64,000 bases of DNA from NCBI GenBank assembly GCA_964560525.1, contig CAZLLO010000003.1:9585-73584 (forward strand), written 5' to 3'. How positions within the stretch are numbered: the stretch's first letter is position 1; every line of letters starts with the position of its first letter. Below the pieces are notes generated by a model. It ran no database searches and was not told the origin of the DNA. It saw only the letters and a program-made list of their open reading frames with translations. Both the position numbers and the translations under genes were made by a program. This document shows, one piece after another, positions 1 to 10,118 of this stretch. Source of the stretch: an uncultured Candidatus Saccharibacteria bacterium. Its GTDB lineage: Bacteria > Patescibacteriota > Dojkabacteria > SC72.

Positions 1-362
1 TCTACAACATGGGACAGTTTGGAGACCCTGATAAACCAAGAAGGCTTGAACAAACATATTGGCATGTTGATAATGTTAAAAAGTATATTGAAAAATATCA
101 ATTGAATCTTGGTGCTGAAGCTATTAGAGAATTCTTCTGGCATGAGTTGTGTGACAAATGGATTGAGGAGATCAAAACTGAAATCAAAGATCAACCTATT
201 GGTAGTGATTTAAGAATTGAAAAGCTTTCTGAATTGCTTTGGTTGTTAAAAGAGAATTTAAAGATTATGCATCCTTTTGTTCCTTTTGTTACTGAGGCTG
301 TATGGCAAGAATTAGTAAAATTGGGATTAGCTGAGGGTGTATTAATGGTTGAACAGATTTAA
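1..362 (+). CDS. valS: Valyl-tRNA synthetase, C-terminal part (gene starts before the window)
   Basis: FFWHELCDKWIE and LKIMHPFVPFVTEAVW match the class Ia ValRS anticodon-binding helical bundle; ends without the usual coiled-coil arm. Confidence 0.85.
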   Translation, partial: YNMGQFGDPDKPRRLEQTYWHVDNVKKYIEKYQLNLGAEAIREFFWHELCDKWIEEIKTEIKDQPIGSDLRIEKLSELLWLLKENLKIMHPFVPFVTEAVWQELVKLGLAEGVLMVEQI

Positions 363-367
363 CCAAG

Positions 368-412
368 AGAAAACCCTGCGCGCAACATAGTGCATAATGC
401 ACAGGGTTTTCT
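368..412. terminator. Inverted repeat, probable bidirectional intrinsic terminator
   Basis: AGAAAACCCTG (368-378) / CAGGGTTTTCT (402-412) between convergent valS and the 431-757 ORF. Confidence 0.7.
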
Positions 413-430
413 AATGGAGTGAAAATGAGT

Positions 431-757
431 TCAATCAGTACACAAACTTTTCACAAAGTCGAGGGCCATCTCCTTGACATTGACAATCAATAGATGTCCT
501 TGCGCTTTGCTTCCATCAGCCGAGAGAATATCTGCACCCCCCATCGTTTCCGACAGGTTTACGGCTTTGCAGATGCGACTCTTTGTATCGGAAAGAACGA
601 TTGTAACTTTCCTTGATACTATTTCTTTCCCAACCAGTTCTGCATTTGTATTATGCATAAAGCCAGATAGAAAATTCACGCGGGCTCTGTCTACTTCTAG
701 ATCTCCATTGAATTCTCTACCATCTAGCAATACAGTGTATCGCAATACTGTTCTCAT
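431..757 (-). CDS. Hypothetical protein (108 aa), accessory
   Basis: ATG start, fills the valS-metG gap, terminator downstream; no recognisable motif; only TGA-terminated gene in the window. Confidence 0.55.
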   Translation of the reverse strand: MRTVLRYTVLLDGREFNGDLEVDRARVNFLSGFMHNTNAELVGKEIVSRKVTIVLSDTKSRICKAVNLSETMGGADILSADGSKAQGHLLIVNVKEMALDFVKSLCTD

Positions 758-875
758 ATTCCTCCATTCAGTTTTTTATGAACATCAAATTATACTACAG
801 GTACCATCTCCCCACAATTCCCTAATCTATCAATATTTGATATCATCTACAGTAATAATTAAAAGAGAATATATA

Positions 876-2321
876 ATGGATAAACAAAAATTCTACCTAA
901 CAACCACACTCCCCTACGTAAATGCAGAACTACATATAGGACATGCCTTAGAATTTGTACAATCAGATACAATTGTAAGATATTTTAGAAACAAATTAGG
1001 AAAGGAAAATGTATTCTTTAATGTAGGAACAGACGAACATGGACAAAAGATATACAACAAAGCACAAGAAGAAGGATTAGAATTAAAACCATTCGTAGAC
1101 AAATATGCACAAAGAGTAATGGATTTCTGCAAACTCTTTAATGTTGAATATGACAACTTCTACAGAACCTCAGATCCAAAGCACCATGAATTAGCACAAT
1201 TATTCTGGAATAAATGCAATGAGAATGGAGATATATACAAAAAACAATACTCAGGACAATACTGCGTAGGATGTGAGAGATATCTAACAGACAAAGAACT
1301 TGTAGATGGTAAATGTCCTGATCACCATACTGTACCTGAACTAAAAACAGAAGAAAATTACTTCTTTAGACTATCAAAATACAGAGAACCCCTACTCAAA
1401 TGGTTAGAGGAAGAAAAAGCATTCGTAAAACCTGCATACAAAATGGATGAACTGAAGAAATTCATATCAGAGATGGAAGATATTAGTATCTCAAGATTAA
1501 GAGAAAATCTTCCATGGGGAATTGAAGTACCTAATGATCCTACACAGATGATGTATGTATGGTTTGATGCATTAACAAACTATGCAATTGCGGTTGGGTA
1601 TGGAAGTGATGAAGAAAGATTTAAACAATGGTGGGGACCAGTACAAACATGTGGTCCAGACAATCTAAGATTCCAAGGTGCAATATGGCAAGGAATGTTA
1701 GCATCTGCAGGTTTACCACACTCTGAGAAGTTGTTAGTACATGGGATGGTACTAGGTTCTGATGGAACAAAAATGTCTAAGACAGTTGGTAATATTGTTT
1801 CGCCATTTGAACAAGAACAGAAATATGGAGCTGAAGTTGTAAGGTTCTACCTTCTTACAGGTGTTCCTACATATGACGATGCAGCATACAAGGAAGATGA
1901 TTTGGTTAATGAATATAACTCAAGATTGGCAAATAACTTTGGAAATCTTTTAAATCGTGTTATCCATTTAGCCAATACAAAAGAAGCTGAAATGAACAAT
2001 GAGGAGAAAGTCGAAAAAGAATTTAAAGAAACAGTTGATACATATGTGAAGGAGATAAATAGCTTGTATGAAGATTATGAGATATATCTAGCAGGAGAAA
2101 AAATAGATCAGTTGGCAGATTATGGAAACAAATATATAACCAAGGAGGAGCCATGGTCAAAGGAGAAGTCTGAAGCAGAAAAGATTTTAAATAATCTGAG
2201 CTATCTTTTGAAATATGTGATTGCTGGATATTTCCCTATCATTCCAATTAGTAGTGCAAAAGCAATCGAAGCTTTGGAGAAGAGGGAGAAAATCATATTG
2301 TTTCCTAAATTGGAAGAATAA
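876..2321 (+). CDS. metG: Methionyl-tRNA synthetase (short form, no C-terminal EMAP/Trbp domain)
   Basis: YLTTTLPYVNAELHIGH (HIGH), GTDEHGQK, CxxC zinc knuckle, YVWFDAL, KMSKT; start placed at ATG 876 rather than 474. Confidence 0.95.
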   Translation: MDKQKFYLTTTLPYVNAELHIGHALEFVQSDTIVRYFRNKLGKENVFFNVGTDEHGQKIYNKAQEEGLELKPFVDKYAQRVMDFCKLFNVEYDNFYRTSDPKHHELAQLFWNKCNENGDIYKKQYSGQYCVGCERYLTDKELVDGKCPDHHTVPELKTEENYFFRLSKYREPLLKWLEEEKAFVKPAYKMDELKKFISEMEDISISRLRENLPWGIEVPNDPTQMMYVWFDALTNYAIAVGYGSDEERFKQWWGPVQTCGPDNLRFQGAIWQGMLASAGLPHSEKLLVHGMVLGSDGTKMSKTVGNIVSPFEQEQKYGAEVVRFYLLTGVPTYDDAAYKEDDLVNEYNSRLANNFGNLLNRVIHLANTKEAEMNNEEKVEKEFKETVDTYVKEINSLYEDYEIYLAGEKIDQLADYGNKYITKEEPWSKEKSEAEKILNNLSYLLKYVIAGYFPIIPISSAKAIEALEKREKIILFPKLEE

Positions 2322-2360
2322 TATGATATACTAAAAATATAAAAGTTAAGAAACTGCCTA

Positions 2361-2918
2361 ATGTTTGGATCTGATAAACAACCAAAATCTATTGATTTTC
2401 TGCAACCAGTATATTCGCCTATGGATATATGGTCTACGGCGTATATTTGGCTGACCTCCGTTGGAAAATACCTCTTAATTGCAGTAGAAATAATTGTCTT
2501 AGCTGTATTCTTTTCAAGATTTATCTATGACAGAAAGAATAATGATTTAAAAGAGGATTTGAATGCGAAAGTTACTCTCTTAAGCAATGATACTTGGCAA
2601 AAAAATGCTGCACTTTATGAGAATTATCAATTTGTTCTAAGTGATATCGAAAAGATAAGGAAAGGGCAACAAATAAATTCTGCAGAGATTAGTGAATTGA
2701 TGAGTGGTATCCCCTCCTCTATCCAGTTATTAAGCTTCTCGTATACTGCGAAGAGAGTCTCCCTTCGTTTAACGTCAAATAGCTTAGAGGCGGTCAAAAA
2801 TTATGAATCTGCGCTTAAAAACAACCCTAATTATTATGAGGTAACATTCTCAATCACAAAAGAAGTTAATGAGATTAATGTTAGTGTATCATTCTATTTG
2901 TCACCACAGGAAGAATAA
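2361..2918 (+). CDS. PilN-like type IV pilus alignment protein
   Basis: Single N-terminal TM helix, coiled coil, C-terminal ferredoxin-like pattern; directly upstream of a PilO-like gene. Confidence 0.6.
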   Translation: MFGSDKQPKSIDFLQPVYSPMDIWSTAYIWLTSVGKYLLIAVEIIVLAVFFSRFIYDRKNNDLKEDLNAKVTLLSNDTWQKNAALYENYQFVLSDIEKIRKGQQINSAEISELMSGIPSSIQLLSFSYTAKRVSLRLTSNSLEAVKNYESALKNNPNYYEVTFSITKEVNEINVSVSFYLSPQEE

Positions 2919-3533
2919 ATGGACAAGAAGGCTTTAAACACAGAAGAATATGTAAAACTGGTAAAAGAATCTCCAGAGAGGAAGAAGGGATATATTTTTG
3001 CAGGAATCACTTTGGCAGTATCTATCCTGCTCATCGTTTTCGCTGTTAGGCCAACGCTTTTGACTATCTCAAATATAAATGCGGAAATAAAGGAGGAAAC
3101 AAGGTTAGATACTCTGCTAGATGCAAAGATAGAGACATTAAGCAAACTGGATAAACAATATACAGAGATGGAAGCGAATTTGAGCCATCTCAGACTAATC
3201 TATCCAGATAACAAGGATTTTAGTCTCTTTATGGCGAATTCAACAGGAATGTTGTCCAAGAATGGTTTTACATTAACAGGTATTAGCTTTGATAACTATG
3301 GTGAGGATAATTTCGATCTGGTTACAAAGGTTTTAGTTCCATGGTCTGTGAGGTTAAATGTAAAAGGTAAGCCATCTAATTTGGTTAACCTTTTGAAAGA
3401 TCTTGAAGCATTGCCTATGTATCCAGTTATTGAGTCACTTTCCTATTCTAGTCAGAAGGATGAAAATGGTTTGACTAGTTACAGTATAAACTTGAGGATA
3501 TATGAAATAGAGAATAATAATTTTTATGATTAA
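2919..3533 (+). CDS. PilO-like type IV pilus assembly protein
   Basis: TM helix ending FAVRPTL, coiled coil, C-terminal VKGKPSNLVNLLKDLE..YPVIESL pattern typical of PilO/GspM. Confidence 0.65.
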   Translation: MDKKALNTEEYVKLVKESPERKKGYIFAGITLAVSILLIVFAVRPTLLTISNINAEIKEETRLDTLLDAKIETLSKLDKQYTEMEANLSHLRLIYPDNKDFSLFMANSTGMLSKNGFTLTGISFDNYGEDNFDLVTKVLVPWSVRLNVKGKPSNLVNLLKDLEALPMYPVIESLSYSSQKDENGLTSYSINLRIYEIENNNFYD

Positions 3534-3538
3534 ATAAT

Positions 3539-3784
3539 ATGGATTTACTCAAAAAATCTTTTCTAGCACTTATCCTCTTCTTGGTTGTAATACTGGCTTG
3601 GGTTGGAACGTCTATATATTTCCAAAATATGCAGGTCGAGGTGAATCCCAATGCTAGTTCATACACTAAGTCCATAAAAAATAGCTTCGACTCTGATGAA
3701 TTAGAAAAAGTTTCAGATAGAACAAATGCGAGTTTTTCAATCTCCCCTTCAGAGTTTATTAACCTTTCAGAAGGAAGTAACTAG
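3539..3784 (+). CDS. Small membrane-anchored protein, last gene of the pilN-pilO unit
   Basis: N-terminal hydrophobic helix; 5 nt after pilO-like stop. Confidence 0.6.
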   Translation: MDLLKKSFLALILFLVVILAWVGTSIYFQNMQVEVNPNASSYTKSIKNSFDSDELEKVSDRTNASFSISPSEFINLSEGSN

Positions 3785-4860
3785 TCAATGTAGTCATCTA
3801 GTTTCTGTTGAGAAGATTTCTCCTTTAGTTTCTTTAGAGCTTTTGCCTCTATTTGTCTAATTCTTTCTCTTGTTACTCCAAATTCTTTACCAACTTCTTC
3901 TAAAGTTCTTGAAACTCCATCATCAAGGCCAAACCTCAATGACAAAACTCTTCTCTCTCTGTCTTGAAGTGTATCAAGAATATCCTTTAATTGATTCTTG
4001 AGGTATTCTGCAGTTGCATATTCCTCTGGTGATTGTGACCAATCATCTGCAATTACATCTTGTAGTTTACTATCTTTCTCCTCACCTATTGGTGTTGCAA
4101 GGGATGTAGGATTCTGTTTTATCTTCCTAATTTCTGCAACTTTCTCCAATTCAATATCCATCTCTTTTGCAATTTCCTCATCCTTTGGTGGTCTGCCTAA
4201 TCTTGTTGTTAAGGTATTATTTACCTTATTGAATTTGTTAATTGTTTCTATCATATGTACAGGAACACGAATTGTTCTTGCTTGGTCAGCAATAGCTCTA
4301 GTAATTGCCTGTCTAATCCACCAGGTTGCATAGGTAGAGAATTTGAAACCCTTGGTATAGTCAAATTTCTCGACAGCTCTCATTAATCCAATATTGCCCT
4401 CCTGTATTAAATCCAAAAGTTCTAAACCACTCTTACTATATTTCTTCGCAATACTGACAACCAATCTTAAGTTTGCAGTTATTAATAATTGCCCTGCTTC
4501 TTCATCGCCTTTCTCAATTCTTTTAGCAAGAATCTTCTCTTCCTCTCCCGTTAGTAGAGGGATACGTCCTATTTCATATAGATATGAACGAATAGCATCT
4601 GTAGAAAGACTTGATTGGATAGTTTTGAGAATTCTAATTTTCTTTTCTAGTGTTAGTTCCTCTTTTTCTTGAACTTCAATATTCTCTTCTGGCTCTAATA
4701 CTTCAATATCGTTTTCCTGTAATGATACAAAGATATCATCCAGTAGTTCAACATCCTCTTCTACAGTAGGAAATATATCCAACAAATCTTCCTGTGTTAA
4801 GAAACCTTGCTCTTTTCCTTTATTAATTAAAGACGCTATGGCCTTTTCTTTGTCTGACAT
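3781..4860 (-). CDS. rpoD: Primary RNA polymerase sigma-70 factor
   Basis: [65 protein letters not shown]. Confidence 0.97.
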   Translation of the reverse strand: MSDKEKAIASLINKGKEQGFLTQEDLLDIFPTVEEDVELLDDIFVSLQENDIEVLEPEENIEVQEKEELTLEKKIRILKTIQSSLSTDAIRSYLYEIGRIPLLTGEEEKILAKRIEKGDEEAGQLLITANLRLVVSIAKKYSKSGLELLDLIQEGNIGLMRAVEKFDYTKGFKFSTYATWWIRQAITRAIADQARTIRVPVHMIETINKFNKVNNTLTTRLGRPPKDEEIAKEMDIELEKVAEIRKIKQNPTSLATPIGEEKDSKLQDVIADDWSQSPEEYATAEYLKNQLKDILDTLQDRERRVLSLRFGLDDGVSRTLEEVGKEFGVTRERIRQIEAKALKKLKEKSSQQKLDDYID

Positions 4861-4887
4861 AGAGATTTTTATGATATAATTTTAGAT

Positions 4888-5226
4888 ATGAACACCAAAA
4901 AAGACATTTTATTCGAAAAGAAACAATTTTTTATAGATACAATTGCTAAATTTTGTGATAAATGTGGTACTCAATATGCACTTGAAGATGTTAATATAAT
5001 CCAGAATACTGGAATATCAAGCATTATACACTTTTCGTGTCATAATTGTAAATCCAAGCATATCGCAACATTTGTTGCACCACTTGGTATTAGTAATCGA
5101 GTATCTGTGAATACAGACTTAGGAGTAAAGGAAATTAAAAAGTTCTCTTTTGAAAAAGAGGTTTCTACACAAGACATTCTTGAGATTTATACGTGCTTAA
5201 AAAACAATCCAAAGGTTGTTCTTTAG
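4888..5226 (+). CDS. Hypothetical zinc-ribbon protein
   Basis: CDKC...CHNC pair; TGnTATAAT 7 nt before the ATG. Confidence 0.7.
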   Translation: MNTKKDILFEKKQFFIDTIAKFCDKCGTQYALEDVNIIQNTGISSIIHFSCHNCKSKHIATFVAPLGISNRVSVNTDLGVKEIKKFSFEKEVSTQDILEIYTCLKNNPKVVL

Positions 5227-8219
5227 TTTTTTACATTCCAAACTATTTGATATTCCTGGTCTTTACTCAATTCAAATCTACTTGAGAGTTGGTTAGAAAT
5301 ACTGTTTAAGTTCCCAGCAGAATCTACTGTCCAAGTAGATGGGTATGATATATCTAGTTTGTATGAGTGTGAGGTTTCTCCTGCTTGTTTGAATATATTT
5401 AGATTCAGGAATGCATTATTTTCACCTATTTCTATTGGATATGTAGAGTTATTAATATCTCTAGAGATGCGATAGGAAATTTCTAATGTCCTTGTTTTTT
5501 GTATAGGGGTATTGAACCAGCCTCCGATTACTTTAAAGCCACTTTCTTTAAAGGTGTCAAACTTGTTGTCTTCCATTCCTTTTACGGACAGGATTGTTGC
5601 ATTGGAAGGTATGTATATTCTTTGGTAGTTGATATAGTCTCCTTCAGGGTATGTTGTTGACTTAGAGGTATTCTCTACTGAAATCGTATATGTAAAATCC
5701 ATTGTATTTACATCTTTTACATTAACGGCAAGATTGTAGTTTTTGCTTAAGTAGAGATTTGCTTTGTTTCCTCCCCAGTTCCAATCTATGGCAATAGGTG
5801 CTTCGTTATATCTGGAATCTAGCGATCCTGCCCACGATCTTTCATTGAAGAAATTATACGCACTTGAACTCTTGAATGTTGCTTGGAGATGTTTCTCATC
5901 TAATGCATCCCCAAATACACTACTCAAAGAAATTAAATCTTGTATGTTCATAGAAAGTAACTTGGTAATTATCTTGTTGGCCAAATCAGCTAAGAATGTA
6001 GTCTTTTGTGTAGAGCCAGGAGTAAAACTCTCATGCATTTGGAAAATCTTAGAATACAGATTGCTACTAGTTATGATTTCACTCTCTCCTGGTACTTCAA
6101 TGCCTCCCCATTTATCAAGAAGTTTTTGTATTAATGCAATATCAATAGTTATTACTCCATCTAGGTCATCTCCTTTACCTAAATCTTTTACAAATGGCTC
6201 TGCTGCTAGTTCTGTTTCTGCTAGATCAGGATACCAGTTAATAATCGAAAAGGTTTGGTTAGAGAGTCCTAGCGCTGTTTGCATAGACTTTGGTGCCGAA
6301 TATTTTCTTCCTTGTACCTTAAGGGTGCCATCTGCATTATATATATCGTCTACGAATAGCTCTCTTATTTGTCCCCCCTCTATTCCTACAATTCCATAAC
6401 TTGTTAACCACCCTCCAGTGCTTCGAAGCTCAGATTCGTTTTGCAAAAGTATTAGGTAACGTTGCCTCTCTTTATCGCCCAGAAGTTGAGGTAAGAATGT
6501 TACAACATCTTTAAATACATCTGTTCCTGTATTTAGTTGAGAAACCATATCTCGTAAGTCAGAAATTTTATTTCTAGTAAAGGAAGGGAATTCATTCAAA
6601 TCAATTTCATTCATTATTTCGCTTCCCAAAGATATCTTGTATGCTGCTTCTGTGACCTTGTACCCATTTGCACTTATCTCTTCCAGGTATTGGGTATATT
6701 CTCTTGTAGTTTTTGGTGTTGATGTTCCAAAGTCCACTGCAGGTTGGAATTCTTGGATATATTCTGATAGCGGTGTTGCGGCATCGAGCATGTATGAGGT
6801 TCCATCTGCGACATAGTTAGCACTTAAGAGAAGTTGAGAGATATCATTGTAAAGATCCTGTTTTCCAGTTAATTTGAATGCCCATTGGAGATTAGAAATA
6901 CTGGCAGTTACCCTTTGTACATTATCTTCAAGTTGTTGTATCTTTACTTTCGCATCATCTTGGTTTAACTCCAGGACAGAGTCTCTTAGATTCGAAGAAG
7001 ATCTACTAATGAGTATGAGTCCAAGTGTAGTTCCTATGAGGGGATATATGAGAAAATATGTAACAACTGCAATTAGCGCAACGTAGAGAGAAACTTTCCC
7101 AAAATGCTTCCAATCAAAGGCTTTTGTTTCTTTCTCTGGTTGGGCTAATCTTTTTATTGGTGCAAAAAGTTTATCAAAGAAAGAACCTAGTTTGGTTTTT
7201 GATGTTTTCACTGTTTCACTTATGGACTTAGGTGCCTTTTCTGCGAAATTCCATTCTTTATCTATATCATCATAATACGTTTGGATCTGGTCGATAAGGG
7301 TTTCCTCTAATGTTACTTGTTGTGCCCATCCATATTTAGAAGCGTGAGGTGCAGGTACATACAGATCCTGAATAACGAACTCTCTTTCTGGATTTTCTAC
7401 GAATTTGATCGATTGAGCCTCGGTATTTAACTCTAGAAGCTTATATGCGATAGAGAGTGTGGTGTAATTGTTTTTGTTTGCTAGGGTAATAACCTCGCCC
7501 TTTGTCTTTTCAGAGAAGGTTAATTTGAGAATTCCGTATACAGAATCTCTTTCATCGATTATGTTATGTATATCAAGCCCCTCGCCTTTTATGATGATTT
7601 GTGGTTTTTGTGTGGCATCTTTTACTAGGCTATGTATTATTTCACTATCTATTTTTAATACTCCTTTTCCTGTCAATGTTCCTAATCTTAAGATTCTGAT
7701 ATTTAAATTTGTCTTGTCTCTAAACTCTGCAGCTATTGTTTCGCAGTATTTCTGCAATTCTATGTCAGAATATGGAGAAGGAGATGCCAGTTTATTATTA
7801 TTTACTCGATTGGCTAGTTCTCTGTTTAACGCTAGTGATGTTATCAATGCAAATTTAGCGTTGTATTTCTTCGCATTTTTCAAAGATTCTTCTAAATATC
7901 CAGCTTCTCTAATGAATGATTTACTATCATATTCTTTTTGTGCCAAAGCCTGGTTGAGGAAATAGAATATATAGTCAAACCTTTTGATATTTTTAAATAT
8001 TCCATCTAAGCCTTTAAATTCAAAGAAGTCTACAAGGGGAGAATTTTTAAGCTCTGAAATATATTTGTTAGTTTGCGAATTGTAATTATCAACAATAATG
8101 ACGTGAGAACCTTGCTCTATAAGTGTCTTTGCAATTAGATATCCACTTCGATTTCCACCATGTATTAAAATGGAGATAGGTGTTTGTGGTTTAATTTTGT
8201 CTAGCTTTGAGTTACTCAT
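5223..8219 (-). CDS. Degenerate NAD-dependent epimerase (SDR-like) domain + TM helix + extracellular DUF4012-type domain
   Basis: N-terminal Rossmann-like ILIHGG..LIEQGSHVIIVDN and IRILRLG; one TM near aa 375-405; YLILLQNESELRSTGGW, DIYNADG, NWYPD, DGVITID, NKAN motifs of DUF4012. Confidence 0.75.
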   Translation of the reverse strand: MSNSKLDKIKPQTPISILIHGGNRSGYLIAKTLIEQGSHVIIVDNYNSQTNKYISELKNSPLVDFFEFKGLDGIFKNIKRFDYIFYFLNQALAQKEYDSKSFIREAGYLEESLKNAKKYNAKFALITSLALNRELANRVNNNKLASPSPYSDIELQKYCETIAAEFRDKTNLNIRILRLGTLTGKGVLKIDSEIIHSLVKDATQKPQIIIKGEGLDIHNIIDERDSVYGILKLTFSEKTKGEVITLANKNNYTTLSIAYKLLELNTEAQSIKFVENPEREFVIQDLYVPAPHASKYGWAQQVTLEETLIDQIQTYYDDIDKEWNFAEKAPKSISETVKTSKTKLGSFFDKLFAPIKRLAQPEKETKAFDWKHFGKVSLYVALIAVVTYFLIYPLIGTTLGLILISRSSSNLRDSVLELNQDDAKVKIQQLEDNVQRVTASISNLQWAFKLTGKQDLYNDISQLLLSANYVADGTSYMLDAATPLSEYIQEFQPAVDFGTSTPKTTREYTQYLEEISANGYKVTEAAYKISLGSEIMNEIDLNEFPSFTRNKISDLRDMVSQLNTGTDVFKDVVTFLPQLLGDKERQRYLILLQNESELRSTGGWLTSYGIVGIEGGQIRELFVDDIYNADGTLKVQGRKYSAPKSMQTALGLSNQTFSIINWYPDLAETELAAEPFVKDLGKGDDLDGVITIDIALIQKLLDKWGGIEVPGESEIITSSNLYSKIFQMHESFTPGSTQKTTFLADLANKIITKLLSMNIQDLISLSSVFGDALDEKHLQATFKSSSAYNFFNERSWAGSLDSRYNEAPIAIDWNWGGNKANLYLSKNYNLAVNVKDVNTMDFTYTISVENTSKSTTYPEGDYINYQRIYIPSNATILSVKGMEDNKFDTFKESGFKVIGGWFNTPIQKTRTLEISYRISRDINNSTYPIEIGENNAFLNLNIFKQAGETSHSYKLDISYPSTWTVDSAGNLNSISNQLSSRFELSKDQEYQIVWNVKN

Positions 8220-8220
8220 A

Positions 8221-8865
8221 CTAATTATCTACACTATCAAAATTAACGGGTATTGGGAAATGGTAAGTTTTGAGATTTAATTGGTATCCTGCCCTAACAA
8301 ATACTGGAATTTCGATATCTTCATAGCCTTGTGCTGTTACTTTAACTTGGTATTGATTATCTTTCAATGAGAGATTACTTACTGGTGTAGTATTAATATA
8401 TTCTTTATCAACATAAACTTTTGCATTCATTGCAGAGCTAGTTACCGCAAGAAGTCCTGTTTTAGAAGTAGTTTTAGGAATCGCTGTATAGTACAGGATT
8501 GTGCCATTTAGGACACTATCTGGTCCGATTTCCAAATCCATACGTGCAGAGGTGTTTTTGGCAATTTCTACCTCAAATGTTTGTTTGGTATAGAAAGTGT
8601 TATCTTCTGCTATCTTTTGAAGCTCTACAGTATATTTTCCCTCTGGGAGATCTTCAACAGTTACTGGTGTTTGACCATAGTCTTTGCCATTTATCCAAAC
8701 TTGAGACTTTCCCCTTTCAGTAATCACCTCTAAAGTGGTGTTGTTATAGAATTTATTTATTAAGGGCAAATTTGCAAGGAGTTTTCCAAGTGGCAAGAAG
8801 TATAGGATTATGGACAAAACAATAACAGCAATTGCTATTATTAGGACAGTTTTTCTATTTTTCAT
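8221..8865 (-). CDS. Membrane-anchored PEGA-domain protein
   Basis: Two PEGA-like repeats (VWINGKDYGQTP..LPEGKYTVELQK; VYVDKEYINTTP..YQVKVTAQGY). Confidence 0.8.
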   Translation of the reverse strand: MKNRKTVLIIAIAVIVLSIILYFLPLGKLLANLPLINKFYNNTTLEVITERGKSQVWINGKDYGQTPVTVEDLPEGKYTVELQKIAEDNTFYTKQTFEVEIAKNTSARMDLEIGPDSVLNGTILYYTAIPKTTSKTGLLAVTSSAMNAKVYVDKEYINTTPVSNLSLKDNQYQVKVTAQGYEDIEIPVFVRAGYQLNLKTYHFPIPVNFDSVDN

Positions 8866-8905
8866 TAGCTAAATTATATTCGTAGTGACAATATTTGTCT
8901 AGGAA

Positions 8906-10117
8906 TTAGTATCTATATTTGGACTCTGGAGATTCTTCTTTTTGAGGAAATTCTTTTTTACGAGAAGCACGAATATTTATGAGTACTACAAAGGCTATTC
9001 CTAAGGCACTACCCAAGATTAATGCAAAGTAACGGATAGCTCCAGTGGTTAGGATTGCAAATGACCCAATAAGTAGTGTTACGGACATTTCTAATAGAAC
9101 GACCTGTGTACGTGTTAGATTAAGTTTCAGTAGCTGATGATGTAAGTGATTTGCATCATTAATCTTTAAAAGCTCAAGGAGATTCTTTGGTTTGTATACA
9201 ACTAATCTTTTTATTATCACATAAGCGAAATCAATCAAGGGGACTAACAAAAGCATGATTGTTGTAGAGATTTTTGCATCTGCCAGTAAAGCGAATATAC
9301 AGATTAGGAAGCCATAGAGGGATTTTCCTGCAGAACCAGACATTATTTTTTGTGGAGGAAGCGCAAAAATCAAAAACATGAACAATGCCCCAGCAGCAAC
9401 AATACTTAATGTAGATGAAAAGATGGACTCAAATCTTATGGCTATTACAAATATTAAGGAGAATATTACAAAAGAATTGGCTTCTACAATACCTGGAGAA
9501 CCTGCTGTCCATTTCACAGCATTGATACATACGAGGATCCAGAAGAGGAGTATTAAGTCGCCAGGAAGAGCTAAGGATTGTTGTATTCCTAGTAATGAGA
9601 AATTCCAAACATATGCACTTAGATTAATGTTTAAAAATGATAGACTTCCGAGATTAATGATTGAGAATACAATGACTAAAGCTGCAAGAAACTGGTATAG
9701 GAATTGGATTTTTGCAGGAAGATTGAAAACATCATCCAATACAGAACCAACTATTAAAATTGCCATTGCTACAACAATTGGAATTGTAAAACTATCAAGT
9801 TTAAAGAAAAAGAGTAGTGCTACTAATACGGGAAGTGTGATTGCAAGCCCACCTAACGCAGGTGTTATACCCTCATGTAGTGCTTTTTGTGGATTATCAA
9901 AATCTTTGTCAGCTCTTTTTACCCCAGGTTTGTATGTAATATCGTGCTTAATTGCCCAATGCCCAACTATGGGTGCAATTACAAAAGAAGCAACAACTCC
10001 TATTAGGAAAAGAGGAAGATATTGTAAATATTTTATATATTCGGTATTGCCTAGCCAAGAGAAATTAAAGATTTTTAAAAAGGTACTTAAAATTTCGTTT
10101 GGAATGGAAAAGTCCAT
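8906..10117 (-). CDS. MraY/WecA/TagO family (GT4) membrane protein with degenerate catalytic motifs
   Basis: TPALGGLAI, GSVLDD, LLLVPLIDFAYVIIKR, DANHLHHQL; about 11 TM helices. Confidence 0.75.
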   Translation of the reverse strand: MDFSIPNEILSTFLKIFNFSWLGNTEYIKYLQYLPLFLIGVVASFVIAPIVGHWAIKHDITYKPGVKRADKDFDNPQKALHEGITPALGGLAITLPVLVALLFFFKLDSFTIPIVVAMAILIVGSVLDDVFNLPAKIQFLYQFLAALVIVFSIINLGSLSFLNINLSAYVWNFSLLGIQQSLALPGDLILLFWILVCINAVKWTAGSPGIVEANSFVIFSLIFVIAIRFESIFSSTLSIVAAGALFMFLIFALPPQKIMSGSAGKSLYGFLICIFALLADAKISTTIMLLLVPLIDFAYVIIKRLVVYKPKNLLELLKINDANHLHHQLLKLNLTRTQVVLLEMSVTLLIGSFAILTTGAIRYFALILGSALGIAFVVLINIRASRKKEFPQKEESPESKYRY

Positions 10118-10118
10118 A

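Noticed and set aside
474-875. 134-aa N-terminal extension of metG in the ORF track
   Set aside because: Antisense to the 431-757 ORF; MetRS homology starts at ATG 876
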